This document shows, one piece after another, positions 38,861 through 50,277 of a DNA stretch of 64,000 nt (the first letter of the stretch is position 1; every line of letters starts with the position of its first letter). The stretch comes from Balanoglossus misakiensis (taxonomy: Eukaryota > Animalia > Hemichordata). The translations under genes were made by a program, and so were the position numbers. Below the pieces are notes generated by a model. That model was not told the origin of the DNA, did no database searches, and saw only the letters and a list, made by a program, of their open reading frames with translations. The stretch is from the NCBI GenBank assembly GCA_040954595.2, contig CM082596.2, forward strand, positions 310,001-374,000, given 5' to 3'.

Positions 38861-41709
38861 TTGGTCATTATTGGAAACATGAACAATTAAATTAACTGCC
38901 ATCTAATCTCAAGTTGCGAAAGTAGCAAATGCTTGTGACCCCTCCTCCCTTTAATTTTAAAACAATGTCAGAGTAAATTAGTAGGTTACTGTAACCTTTG
39001 CAAGGTGACAAAATGAATAGCTATATCTGAGTGCAATGACTACATCGTTAACTGCAGATGACAATGTACAGCTCATTGATTCCCAATCTAACTGAGTCAA
39101 ATGAGACGAAGTGAATGCAGACACATTCGGAAGTCAGAAGTTCCAGCGCCAACATATTCAAAAGCCAATTGCTACTTTTCTACACTGTGGACAGTCTCAG
39201 TCATTATCTAAATGCCTCAAGCATAATTTATGCTATTTTGGTCAGTATTTTGCGAGAGTGTGCAAGTGTGAAATACAAATTCTTCTTTTCCCTCAATCAT
39301 GTCCATAACATGCATGGTTTCAGGCAAAACAATATTACTGACAAAGTTATGAAAACTTTCCAATAATATATAACGTTACACATGACTTGATTTTTTGTAC
39401 ACAATATTTCTTCCTCAAATCATATGTATGTACTCAACTATATGTTACGTGCATAATACTCTTATGCAACAACCTTAGAGATGATACACACTGTAAAAAC
39501 ACCATCTGTATTCACAATCCAAATATTCCACATTTTGTTCATGCTCAGGGGAGTGGAACATCAAACTGCAGATGATCCGACTAAATAAATATCAACTCGA
39601 ATTGGAAATTGAGCACATTGTTCCCAAACGGCAAACCATTAGAATTAAAACAAAACGAATATAAATCCATTGCACAACTTCAACACGTTTTTAAAGGTCA
39701 GATAGGAAAGGTTTCATGCAAATGCTGTTTTCTTAATCTACTTTTACAGACATTAATTGAAGTCTCATGTGAATTCAAATATCCTTCAATGCTTTTGTTT
39801 CTGTTTGGCTTATGCATGTAAGTCTGCTTAATTGTGAGACGTTATTCCCTTCCAAGCGGTCCCAGGAAAATATTGAAACTGTGACTATTCAAGCAAGACA
39901 TCATGGAGAGCTTCTCAAAATACTCATCTGTCATGGCACGGCCTTTACTGCCTCTTCGAAGAACATTGCTTTGTGTTTGTACATTTTTATCCAGTGGGAA
40001 CTATGACAGTGATGATGACGTTTTATCTATAACACCTGCTTATGAACCAGATGTACTTAAATGATCATGCTGTATTACTGTCTGCGTGTTTGGTCACAGA
40101 AAGTGATCAAGCCTTATTTACCAGTTATGTTGTTCATCCAAATAGGGCAGGTGAATAGAAAATATTGGGCATATTAAAGTCCAAGTATCGGGTCAAAGAT
40201 CAACCAAATAATATCACATTTACAGCTATGTCGTGTCCACTTGTATTAAAACCTAAAAGTGACGTACAGTGTTGGCATTTGATGGACTGTAAGAACGCCT
40301 GTCATCATCAATTTCCTCCTGTTTCACGTCCACACTCCCTAGCGACGGTTGCTTGACTCAGCTGGCGTTACATGACCCTGGATACAAATATAAGTCGACA
40401 GACACCATTCCGTGGAAAGTCCACCCTTTTCCCAGGAAGAAAGAAACATTGACAAGGGCCGGAGACAACGCTCGTTGGTGGGCGATGCAAATTGGGAAAA
40501 TAGAAATTGAATCATTGCCATTTGCTTCTCGTGGGATCGCACAACTATTTCTGTAGGCTAAGCTTCGTCTCATGTGAGTTCACTGCTAATACATTTGGCT
40601 TGATTGCTTTCTCATTCTTAAAGCAAGTATGCAACATTAGCAGAGAACGCATTCATCCCATGTAGGTCCAACAGGAAATTTTATCAAGTGAGTTCTTCAG
40701 TTTCGCATAAAGTCAAAATTGATTTGGTTTTGTCACATGAAGTTTAGTATGAAATATCAAATTTCCATGCAAGACGAACTGGCCAGGTGGGTCGATTTGC
40801 GAAACGACCACGCACAATTGATCACAAGCAGTCACCTAGGTTTCTTTATAATTTCTTTCTTGCTGCACGGGAAATCAATGTTTGCACACTCAGGCCCTTC
40901 ATCTCTTTAAATCTTTTATTCGTTTTATCGATTGAATATATGTAATGTATGTGTTAAACGTGACAAATCACAGTGCATGCATGGTACAAACAATCATAGG
41001 CTTTTACAACATCCATAACAATCAAATGATGGGATGTGAGACTTATAAAAGGGATTGCTTCCTATAGAAAATAGATACTTTGATACACACATAGCTTTAA
41101 CATCTGAATAGTTCTATGGTATGTCGAACATACAGTAAATAAGCCTCAAAATTCTCCAACGAAAGACTAAATCCATGTGAATGCACAGAAGCTTACCAAT
41201 GATGCCTATATCAAGATTACTGACAATTTGCAATTTGACTAAAACTATTATGTTAATATCAAGCAACATAACTTTCCATGAATTCTTCTCTCCATAATTA
41301 GTTTAAGTTCTCTCAGTTAGCTACGTAATAACTTTAGATTGCAAACAATGTTTCTTAATCGTAAAGACTGGCTTTCAATTACTTGAGTGATTAGCTTTCT
41401 TCATTTATTTTCTGTTTCCTTTTCAAATACATTGCGTGATGGCGTCCCTTGTCAAGTTCCACTAAATGAACGTCTGATGAATGCACCCTACCCCGGCGTA
41501 CTTAACCTTTTGGGAAGTCGAGTTAAGTCTATACCATGACAGACTTTATATGTAGAGCAATGAGTCAGGCTTAAAACCGGTCTGTCATATCTGCTTTAAT
41601 TACTTGGCCATTCTTCTATCGATAACCACGCGTCTTTTCAAATAATCAGTTGCAATGATATTTGTTACGCAGTGGTGCATATCACTGCCAGTCAGTGACT
41701 GTATACGTG

Positions 41710-41980
41710 TATTTTCTGGCTTTCTGTCTAGACAACTCTTTTCTAATGTCACTACACATCTCTCACCCTGATGTTCATCCTCCCTCTATGTTTATAGAAT
41801 ACTCTGGTCTACCTCTAGGCCATCCATGTAATGCTATCTTTACAATGTTACTATCTTTCTTTATCAATATCTGTATCTGCCATGTCGCCAATTATGAGTT
41901 GCTCCACCTACATCGCCTCTAATGTTGTCTCCGTTAAGGTCTTTGTCGAGCAGGGCGTAGCTTTAATAGCCTCTCTGTGT
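41710..41980 (-). mobile_element. RTE-like LINE C-terminal relic
   Basis: RLLKL..DK, W..QILIKKDSNIVKIALHGWPRGRP (PRGRP at ~41819-41805), CLDRK. Confidence 0.45.
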
Positions 41981-42409
41981 ATTGATACTTAAAATGCACT
42001 TCACGTCTTTGTCTCAATGTCTATTTCTATTTATTAATATATTTCATCTTGGGTACTTTTTCTTTGAAATGTTATTTTGTCACTAACTTCTTAGTTTTCC
42101 CACACTCTCTCATAATCATTAAAAACTTCAATAAGAAAGTGTATAGAAAAAAAAATGTGAGTTAAATCAAATAAATCTACATGTCTTTTAAAAATAAATT
42201 CACTTGTCAACATGGACAAAGTGGCCTTCATCGTCATAATATGGTAAGCACAAATGTAGATAGAAAGAAAGACATATAGATTTATTTAACTCAAACTTTG
42301 TTTTCTATACACTCACTTATTTGAAGGCAGCAATAGAGTGTAAAGATTAACGGCATGTTGATGACCTATTTCATATCACTTCATGATTTCCAACACACAT
42401 CACCAGACA

Positions 42410-42905
42410 TTGGAGTAGAGTGGAAATGCCTCGCATTTGGCAATATGAAGGTAGAATGCACAGGTCCTGCGAGCTATAATGGGAGGGAAATCATGTGAAA
42501 CGATATGCATTACGCGAAAAAATGAACATGACATACAGAATTTGGTGAACTGAAAAGTGTTTTAAATGGACACTACGCATGATTTGCATGGCAATTGTAC
42601 AGTTAGAGTATTAAGTATCTCCTCTGAACTGTTTGTTGGTTACCTTGCTACACAAAGCCAGCGTATAGCCACCTCATTTCAAAAGGTGAGCTATCCACAT
42701 CATCTTTTCAATTTAAAGTTGCAATTGCGCATCGAGTTTCTCACACAAAAGATTCGTATCACCGTAAATAATAAGCGAGAGTATATCCACCCTATTGCTC
42801 CGATATTTCTTCAGCATTGCGATGTTGTTGTGGAGACAGAATATTGTCCTTGTTGAAATTCAGTCGACATTTAAGGTCAAGGATATAATAAAAGAGTTCA
42901 TTGGC
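42410..42905 (-). mobile_element. CR1-like LINE RT relic
   Basis: DNILSPQQH..KKYRS (ILSxxQHGFRKxRS-like), VD, KV, GP...ILP. Confidence 0.5.
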
Positions 42906-42965
42906 GTATTTTGTGGTGGAAAGTGTAAAATGAACATTAGGAATACTAAAGTAAAGAATACTAGA

Positions 42966-43018
42966 GTGTGTGTGTGTCTGTCTGTCTGCATGCCTGCCTG
43001 GCTCTCTCTCTCTCTCTC
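42966..43018. repeat. Compound (GT)n-(TCTG)n-(CT)n microsatellite
   Basis: Directly visible. Confidence 0.9.
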
Positions 43019-45039
43019 CTTTAAATTTAACACAAGGAGGATTATATACGCTAGCTTACACATGATAATGATAAGAATGTATTCATAATACTCTTAGTCT
43101 TATCTCATCTAGTATATCTAAAAGTTGGAATGGCACGTTAATCCCATACTGAAAGTCACCGCTGTTTCGAAGAAATCCAAGACAATGGGCAACATTCTGT
43201 CCACATCTTAGTTTCTGTATGTATACGACTATGTTCATTGTCACTTTCTCATGAATTTTTTGTAGAGTTACTTTATCTCTGTTCGTTATTGTTCAATATC
43301 AGTTTTCTTATCTGTATGCGTATATGCGCCTTATAACATATCTTAAGCACTCAAAATATTCCATAATACTACAAATATAACTCGCCATAACAAAGAGTGA
43401 GGGTGATATTTACATTTAGTTGATACACCGTAAGTTTACAGAGGTCATGAAATGATTGTCAAATTTTAAATGGACAATTTCAAAATATATTATAATAATG
43501 ATTGCGTTTTTCCTGGATCTTCTAAGGTTATTCAGACAAACAGCCCATAAGATAGATATTCTCCTTCGGTGGCGTTACATTTCAAAAATTGTTTGACCTT
43601 CCTGGAATGCCCACAATGCAATATGATCTGAAAACTGGGAGCCACCGATGTATAGGCAATGGCAGACACCTGGGAATAGCTAACGATATTAATTGCGTAA
43701 TTGTGGAATGTAACCTACAAATAAATTATCTAGCAGCTATGACCTGATACCCCAAATTTTCGAAATATATTGAATATTTCAGTTTCTATTTGGTAACAAA
43801 ATCCAGGTTGCCAACAGTTACAACCGGAACTTTGATGACAAGATAGTGATTTCTTAACAGCCTTCTGTATGAAATGCCCTGTGTGTGTACGGGTGATTAC
43901 CGCTGCGATGTGCAAATCCCGCGGGGAAACGAGAAAATGGAACAAAGCGGCCTGTTTTGCCTGTTCAATTTGCAACGAAAGGCTACAACGTACGGATGAA
44001 ACACACGGCTAGCGGGGAATCGTTCCTGGCAACAACCGGCAAATGTAGAAGCAAAGTAAACATTCCATGATGGACAACAAACGGATAAAATATCCGGGAT
44101 TACAATAGAAGTCTCATTTCAGAGTAGGGAAGACAACTATAACTAATAAGGGATATCACACTTTACAATATGCGAATCAAACAAGCAAGCGACAGTATTA
44201 CAAAATGTATTCTTGGCAAAAACACAACTATAGAAAGACACACAGTGGCCTTTACGTGTTTTCGAAACTCACATTGCATGATTTGCATACCGAGACTCTA
44301 TCTCCCCACGCAGGATTAAATCCTCCCTCTCATGGGGCCACTGAAGTATTTTGCTGGCCTTTGTTAAACTTTAAGATGGAATATCATTGTTAGTTAATGC
44401 CCTAGGATAATTTTGTTCTTCATGCATTGACATGTCAAATGTTCATTCCAATGAGCGACAGTGCATAACGGAATGTTTACAGGAAATTCCAATTCGAACA
44501 GAAATAGAGCTCTTAAACTTGCAATGGTTCGGTTTATTTTATCTCAGATGGCGTTTTGAGTTCAAATTGTGTAATAGCAGTTGCAGTACAGTGAATTATT
44601 CTGAATATTAACATCACCATTTATTTTAGACAAAATAAATTTCAGGCCAAATTTCAAACCGTTCAAAGCGTTTCTGGTAACAAAACAGCAAATTCAGCAA
44701 AGTCGACGTTGGTTTGTGGCAGTCTTAAACAATTTCAAACGAAGGAAATTATATTAATTACTTTGAAAACTTTAAAACTGTCATCTTATACATCATGCCC
44801 CCAGAAAATGCTCCGACACTGGGTATGGTTATGTGAAATTGGCAATATATTTTTCTGATTTCTTGATTGACGGGTGCATTGCATCATGACTCCTATATTG
44901 GGACTGGTTTATTAGGATGAGGCATGTGTTCATCATTCAGATTCTTTATTGAAAAACGCGAGTAGAATTTGAAATGGTGCTAGGTCAATGTCCTTAAAAG
45001 TCCGCTTTTTGCGTTTTTGCGTAAGACTAAAATTGTCAG

Positions 45040-45410
45040 GAAACACCTATGGATTCAAAGGATTTCTCCTTTCAATTGAACCAATTAACTATTGAAATCC
45101 AGATTGAACCTCCAAATATTACATTCTCGTTAAACGGGTTACAGCGTGCTGTATTCGTAGATTTTTTCCCGCTGGACTTAACCAAGGACATTTTCAAAAG
45201 TAAAGATCGTGCGAGTTTGGAATTTGCCTCATCTTAATTGGATAAGCTTGACCGTTGGGATCCAACAAGGCAGTTTAATAAATACAAACTGGTGACTTAT
45301 GAGCGGAGGCTGTATTTCTTCCTTTGCCCGCCAACTGAAGGAATAACCGTATTGGTTGCATAGCAACTGCAATCGGCTTTTGATTTCTGTTTCGTATCAT
45401 GACTATATAG
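45040..45410 (+). mobile_element. CR1-like LINE RT relic
   Basis: YGFK...SIE, AVFVDF..LDLTK..F, RQF, FL.RI-(N)D. Confidence 0.5.
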
Positions 45411-46389
45411 GCCCATTTCACAAAGTCCATATCTTGGCGCTATGTATGTTACAGTTTATGTCTTATGTGAATTTTAATCTATCTTGTTTGATCATCTGCT
45501 ACATTGTAATACCTTATACGCAATCTCATCTACTGTACATGCGTTGAAATATTTTGGCAAATGTCTGCCATTCTAGCTCACAGCTTCTGCCATGCCAAAT
45601 ACTGTCACACCATATAATCTTATGGGATCCTCTGAGTAAAAAAGTTCACATGCCCCAGTAATGTACGTGCAACTGTGAACTGGAACGTCGTTAAGGTAAT
45701 AATGTCGCCAAGACAAATTGACAGGTGAATTAAGAAAAAAAAGTCTGATAGAAGCAGTTTTGTTGGTGTTTGGCTGAAATCTCCTAGCATGACGCAACGT
45801 GTGGTTTTATTGAAAATCGCTGGCGTTTCCATACTGCTCTGACGTATACTAATGGTCCCATGTGGCGTTTGCACATGCTAATGCATGACTTGTGAATTCT
45901 AGATAATCTAGTCCATCGCGAATACTGACTCCCCGTCAGGTACTGAGTTCATCCGAATTAAAGAATCAATGGTTCTTACTGAAAGGGGCATAATGGTAAC
46001 ATTTGGCTACTTCATCAATATTTTTTTATCTATGTATCAACTGCAGTTTCTTTTTCTCTTCACTAGAACCATGCAGGATGAAATACTCTGAATGCGTTTT
46101 GTCAAGGTGGAGAAAATATTCAAGTCCGGACCTGAATTCAAATTTTGCTGATGAAGAATGCTGTATAAATATGCCCTGTGTTGACATGGTTCAAGGTTTC
46201 AAACCAGAAACTGTTGTTGTTTCAATAAGAAACGGGAGTATTATATTGAAAATATAGATTAGAATAACAGCTAGTTGAAGTTCTAACCATATAGGAACTT
46301 CAATGTCCTGACTGTTTGCAATTTGTTGAACTATCTTCTACCCTGAGACACATGTGTAGAGAAATCAGCTTCTCTGTATGAAACTGTGG

Positions 46390-47010
46390 TCACTATATTC
46401 ACTTTACCCAAGGTGCTAGCATTTCCCTAGGCGTGCCCATCTGAACTGCAAGGTTCGATGATATTTCCATTCAATCATTGTGATGGTTTTACGGCCCCTG
46501 TGAGCAGATGGTTCCCTAGTTGTCCTAAGCATTAAGGATTGATCCTTTTATTTGCTTTCTAAGCCCCCAAGGTTAGAGTGGACTAGAAAAGAGCGTGATT
46601 CGTCTTGCTTGAGTTTCTAGTTTACAAGTCTGCAGTCATCTCTTGTAATACAAGCGTGGGACGTATTTCCAGACGACTGCAATTTCAGATTTACCGAACG
46701 CAATCCGTGTCTGGGTTTTTATAGTTGTATAATTTTCATTGTGTTTATTCGTTGTTCAAAAATAACATGCACCAGTTGTCAAATGTCATATCAGTTTTCT
46801 GGCCATTCTTTACGATCAATGTTCAATGTTATTAACCAAATCAACCTCTATAATGTTGCAAATGATTATCGACAAATCTCATGTCAACACTAATTATAAC
46901 CAGTGCACTCTTTGTACTGTTGTGAGCGATAGATGGAGACAGCCGTTGCCATCTAAATATCACGTCACAGCTAGTACACCAAGGAGCAACTTTACCACCT
47001 GTTATCCAAA
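46390..47010 (+). mobile_element. LINE RT relic
   Basis: LPK, RP-VS, G-RK, DLPNAIRVW (DLxKAFDRVW-like), SDR..Q, HVTASTPRS (V.AGVPQGS-like). Confidence 0.45.
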
Positions 47011-47069
47011 TCTGATAGGTCTGGGGTTGCGACTGTTCTGTCACAGTCACTCGACAGCATACAGCTCAC

Positions 47070-47630
47070 TTTTTATCTGAAACAGTTTCTGTAATGTACT
47101 AGAAATAAACCCCTCAAGAGGTGTATGTGAATGTTGCCTGATTCACTTGATAGAATACAAGATCTAACATCACGTTCGCTGCCTGGAAAGTGGAAGCTGG
47201 TGGATACGTCGACGCTTCTTTTTACAGTGAAGTAATCTAAGTTGGAACACAATTCATAAGGGAGAAATAAATTACATGTCTGTATTAACTTTACTTTGTA
47301 CGACTGTTGGTGAAGTGGAAAGACTTCATAAAATCTGACATCTCCATTTCCCGAAGGACATTCTTGTTTGATAACAACGGTACCAACAGGAATCGTGACC
47401 GTTGCATGCATCCACTCCAAGAATGATCTTGCATTACAGTGTATTGTGTAACAGGAATATGCATTATAAAACACCTGAATAGCTTGTGGCATCTGTTGGT
47501 GAGGTATATATGGCGTACACGTACACATTCATACATGCCTCCCAACAGGTTTTCTGTGTGTTTGGTAAACAAACCCTTTCCGAAATTGCTTTTTAATCTC
47601 GCTAAATCTCGTCTTCCCACAAACCTGAGC
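47070..47630 (-). mobile_element. LINE RT relic (accounts for ORF 47073..47528)
   Basis: IP, SFLEWMHATVTIPV (FPxxWKxAxVxP), DVR...YKV, FHFPGS, FLVHYRNCF-DK (LVDYxKAFDK-like). Confidence 0.5.
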
Positions 47631-47700
47631 TCGCGAGCGCGATCAATCACGAAGCAGGGTCGTGCGTGACGTCACTTCGGGTGTCACAGTTTGCGCGAAG
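47625..47700. promoter_or_regulatory. CpG-dense candidate promoter/enhancer cluster
   Basis: GCTCGCGAGC palindrome, full CRE GTGACGTCAC (47666-47675), ACTTCGGG (ETS-like) and TTTGCGCGAA (E2F-like) within 75 bp, in a CpG-poor background. Confidence 0.35.
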
Positions 47701-49623
47701 TAGTAACTGTATTTTGGACATGGCTTTCGCTTTTAAATGCAGAAGGAGATATAAACGAGTGGCTATAGTAGATTGCAATGTTTATGTCGCGCATCTCACG
47801 ATGTTCAAAACCCAAGTCATTTAATGAATTTCTTATCGGATTAAGCCTTCTTCCTTGTCAGCTCTCACTTGTCAGGAGTTTTCAATTTAGTTAACAGAGA
47901 AAATAGAGAGCTGCATTTCAAAAAGACGGCATCATCCGTTACTAACACCCCTGCCGCGGTCCTTTGATGAGCCCATCAAGCATTCATTCCAAAGCCACAA
48001 TAATTACCAGCTCCACCAGGGACCTGCCTCAACTGTTTCACTTCACATACAACAGCTTCTAATCGAGAAGGGGATGAAAATTCATATTATATCTCCTATT
48101 ACTTCATGCGATGGTACGTGTGTTAAGTTTGCATGTCTGTGAACGCAGACATTTCCATGCAATTATAGCAGAATAGGAGTGCACTTTATAAATATAAATC
48201 AAGTCATTGGTGACACAAATCGCGATGTAAGTATGAATCCTGAACAATTAGGCGGTGTTGGTGTAACCTCCTCACAGCGTACGTGTGTCCATTCACTTTA
48301 TAAAATGCATTTTAACGGAATTGCAAAAGAAATGAATCCCAAAAATAAAACACAGGTGAGAATACATTCCATTTTACACTAAGTATGAACATGAGTTACT
48401 GGACAATATAATTTCCATGTCATGTTATGTCATAGTGACGTAAGCTATCGCGAAACTCATCAAAATACATAAAACCTGAGACCTCCAGCCCAAAAGTTTC
48501 TCTGACCTGTATTAAAATGACGTGCCACTTTGCATGTTAATCATTTGCACTTCCAATTTACTTGTCTGCTTCATAAGATTTCTATCACAACAGAAACTTC
48601 TAAGTTAACGTAACTTTTATTAAGAGCATTTCAAATTGCAGTGGCACTTTCATTTGCAAGTTGCCTTTATATATTGTCACCTCTGGCTACAGGGGTCATT
48701 ATCTTTATGACTTCACTATAATTGGCCTGTTTCGGATTGAGAAGACATGCTGTCTATTTAGACACCAAATTATCCAGATGGAATATCAAATGGTTATATA
48801 AAAGTATTAACATCTGCATTCTGCTCACTATGGTGGAATTAGTGTGCTCAGTGTTTGTTGTGGTGAACTCTGAGCTCCCTCTGTAGATGATAAAAGGCCA
48901 AACATGATTTCAATGTCGTGAGAGTAGCGACATGATTTTGAAATAGCTTCTGGGTGATAAATCAGCCCATCTGCTGAACATGGATTTCCTCTTCCCAAGA
49001 TAAGAGCCCCTTCAAAGGCCAGGAGTCGATTCAATGTGTCATTATAATGGTTCTAGGTCTCACATTTTTGTCTTTCCACAACGGCTTGGAAACACTCCCC
49101 ACTCAGAGTCTGCGCACTGCAGTGTAAGAGACCTGTTGAACGTGGCTAATTGCCGCACTTACAAAGTGATGGAACCTGCATGTTCCCTGATCCCCGTTGG
49201 GACTGCTGTGCCTTGGTTGTCTCCCGAGATTAGAACACGTCATCACCTCGGGGCGGCAACCAACGTGCGGTGACTCGAAGCTGCTGTGGGCTTGCAACTT
49301 TGATGAAGCTGCAAAATGTATACAGCGTTTTGCATCGCTGCGATGTCAACCAATCTAGTGAAACGCTTCGAGCGGTATCGGTTTAATCAGAAACTTCTTT
49401 CATCACTTGTCTCCTCACTGCTGTATCTTCTTTGCGATACTGCATTGCTCACTTTTAGGGCATCGGATATAGCAACGCTTGTACACGGAGTCCAATGACA
49501 CAGAGAACTTGGAATGCATCCAACTTTGGAGAATGTGAATTCCAATCATGTTTTAGACTCTGAACGCACTGTCAACAAAGCTGCGAGCAAGTTTACATAA
49601 CTCTGCGATTTTACCCACAAAAA

Positions 49624-49624
<1 letters not shown>

Positions 49625-49654
<30 letters not shown>

Positions 49655-50277
49655 TGTATGTATGCATGTATGTATGTATGTATGTATGTATGTATGTATG
49701 TATGTATGTATGCAGTATGTATGTATGTATGTATGTATGTATGTATGTATGTATGTATGTATGTATGTATGTATGTATGTATGTATGTATGTATGTATGT
49801 ATGTATGTATGTATGTATGTATGTATGTATGTATGTATGCAGTATGTATGTATGTATGTATGTATGTATGTATGTATGTATGTATGTATGTATGTATGTA
49901 TGTATGTATGTATGTATGTATGTATGTATGTATGTATGCAGTATGTATGTATGTATGTATGTATGTATGTATGTATGTATGTATGTATGTATGTATGTAT
50001 GTATGTATGTATGTATGTATGTATGTATGTATGCAGTATGTATGTATGTATGTATGTATGTATGTATGTATGTATGTATGTATGTATGTATGTATGTATG
50101 TATGTATGTATGTATGTATGCAGTATGATGTATGTATGTATGTACGTATGTATGTATGTATGTATGTATGTATGTATGTATGTATGTATGTATGTATGTA
50201 TGTATGTATGTATGTATGTATGTATGTATGTATGCAGTATGTATGTATGTATGTATGTATGTATGTATGTATGTATG
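49625..50277. repeat. (TATG)n microsatellite, 653 bp, with six CAG insertions
   Basis: Directly visible; source of the MYVC and HTYI pseudo-ORFs. Confidence 0.99.

Noticed and set aside
44972-44982. 11-nt minus-strand match to the miR-29 5' end
   Set aside because: The remainder mismatches and there is no hairpin
48830-49220. THAP-like words on the plus strand (CSVF, FP, RVC, AVP)
   Set aside because: Spacing is too long, there is no His, and the minus strand fits a LINE pre-RT region better
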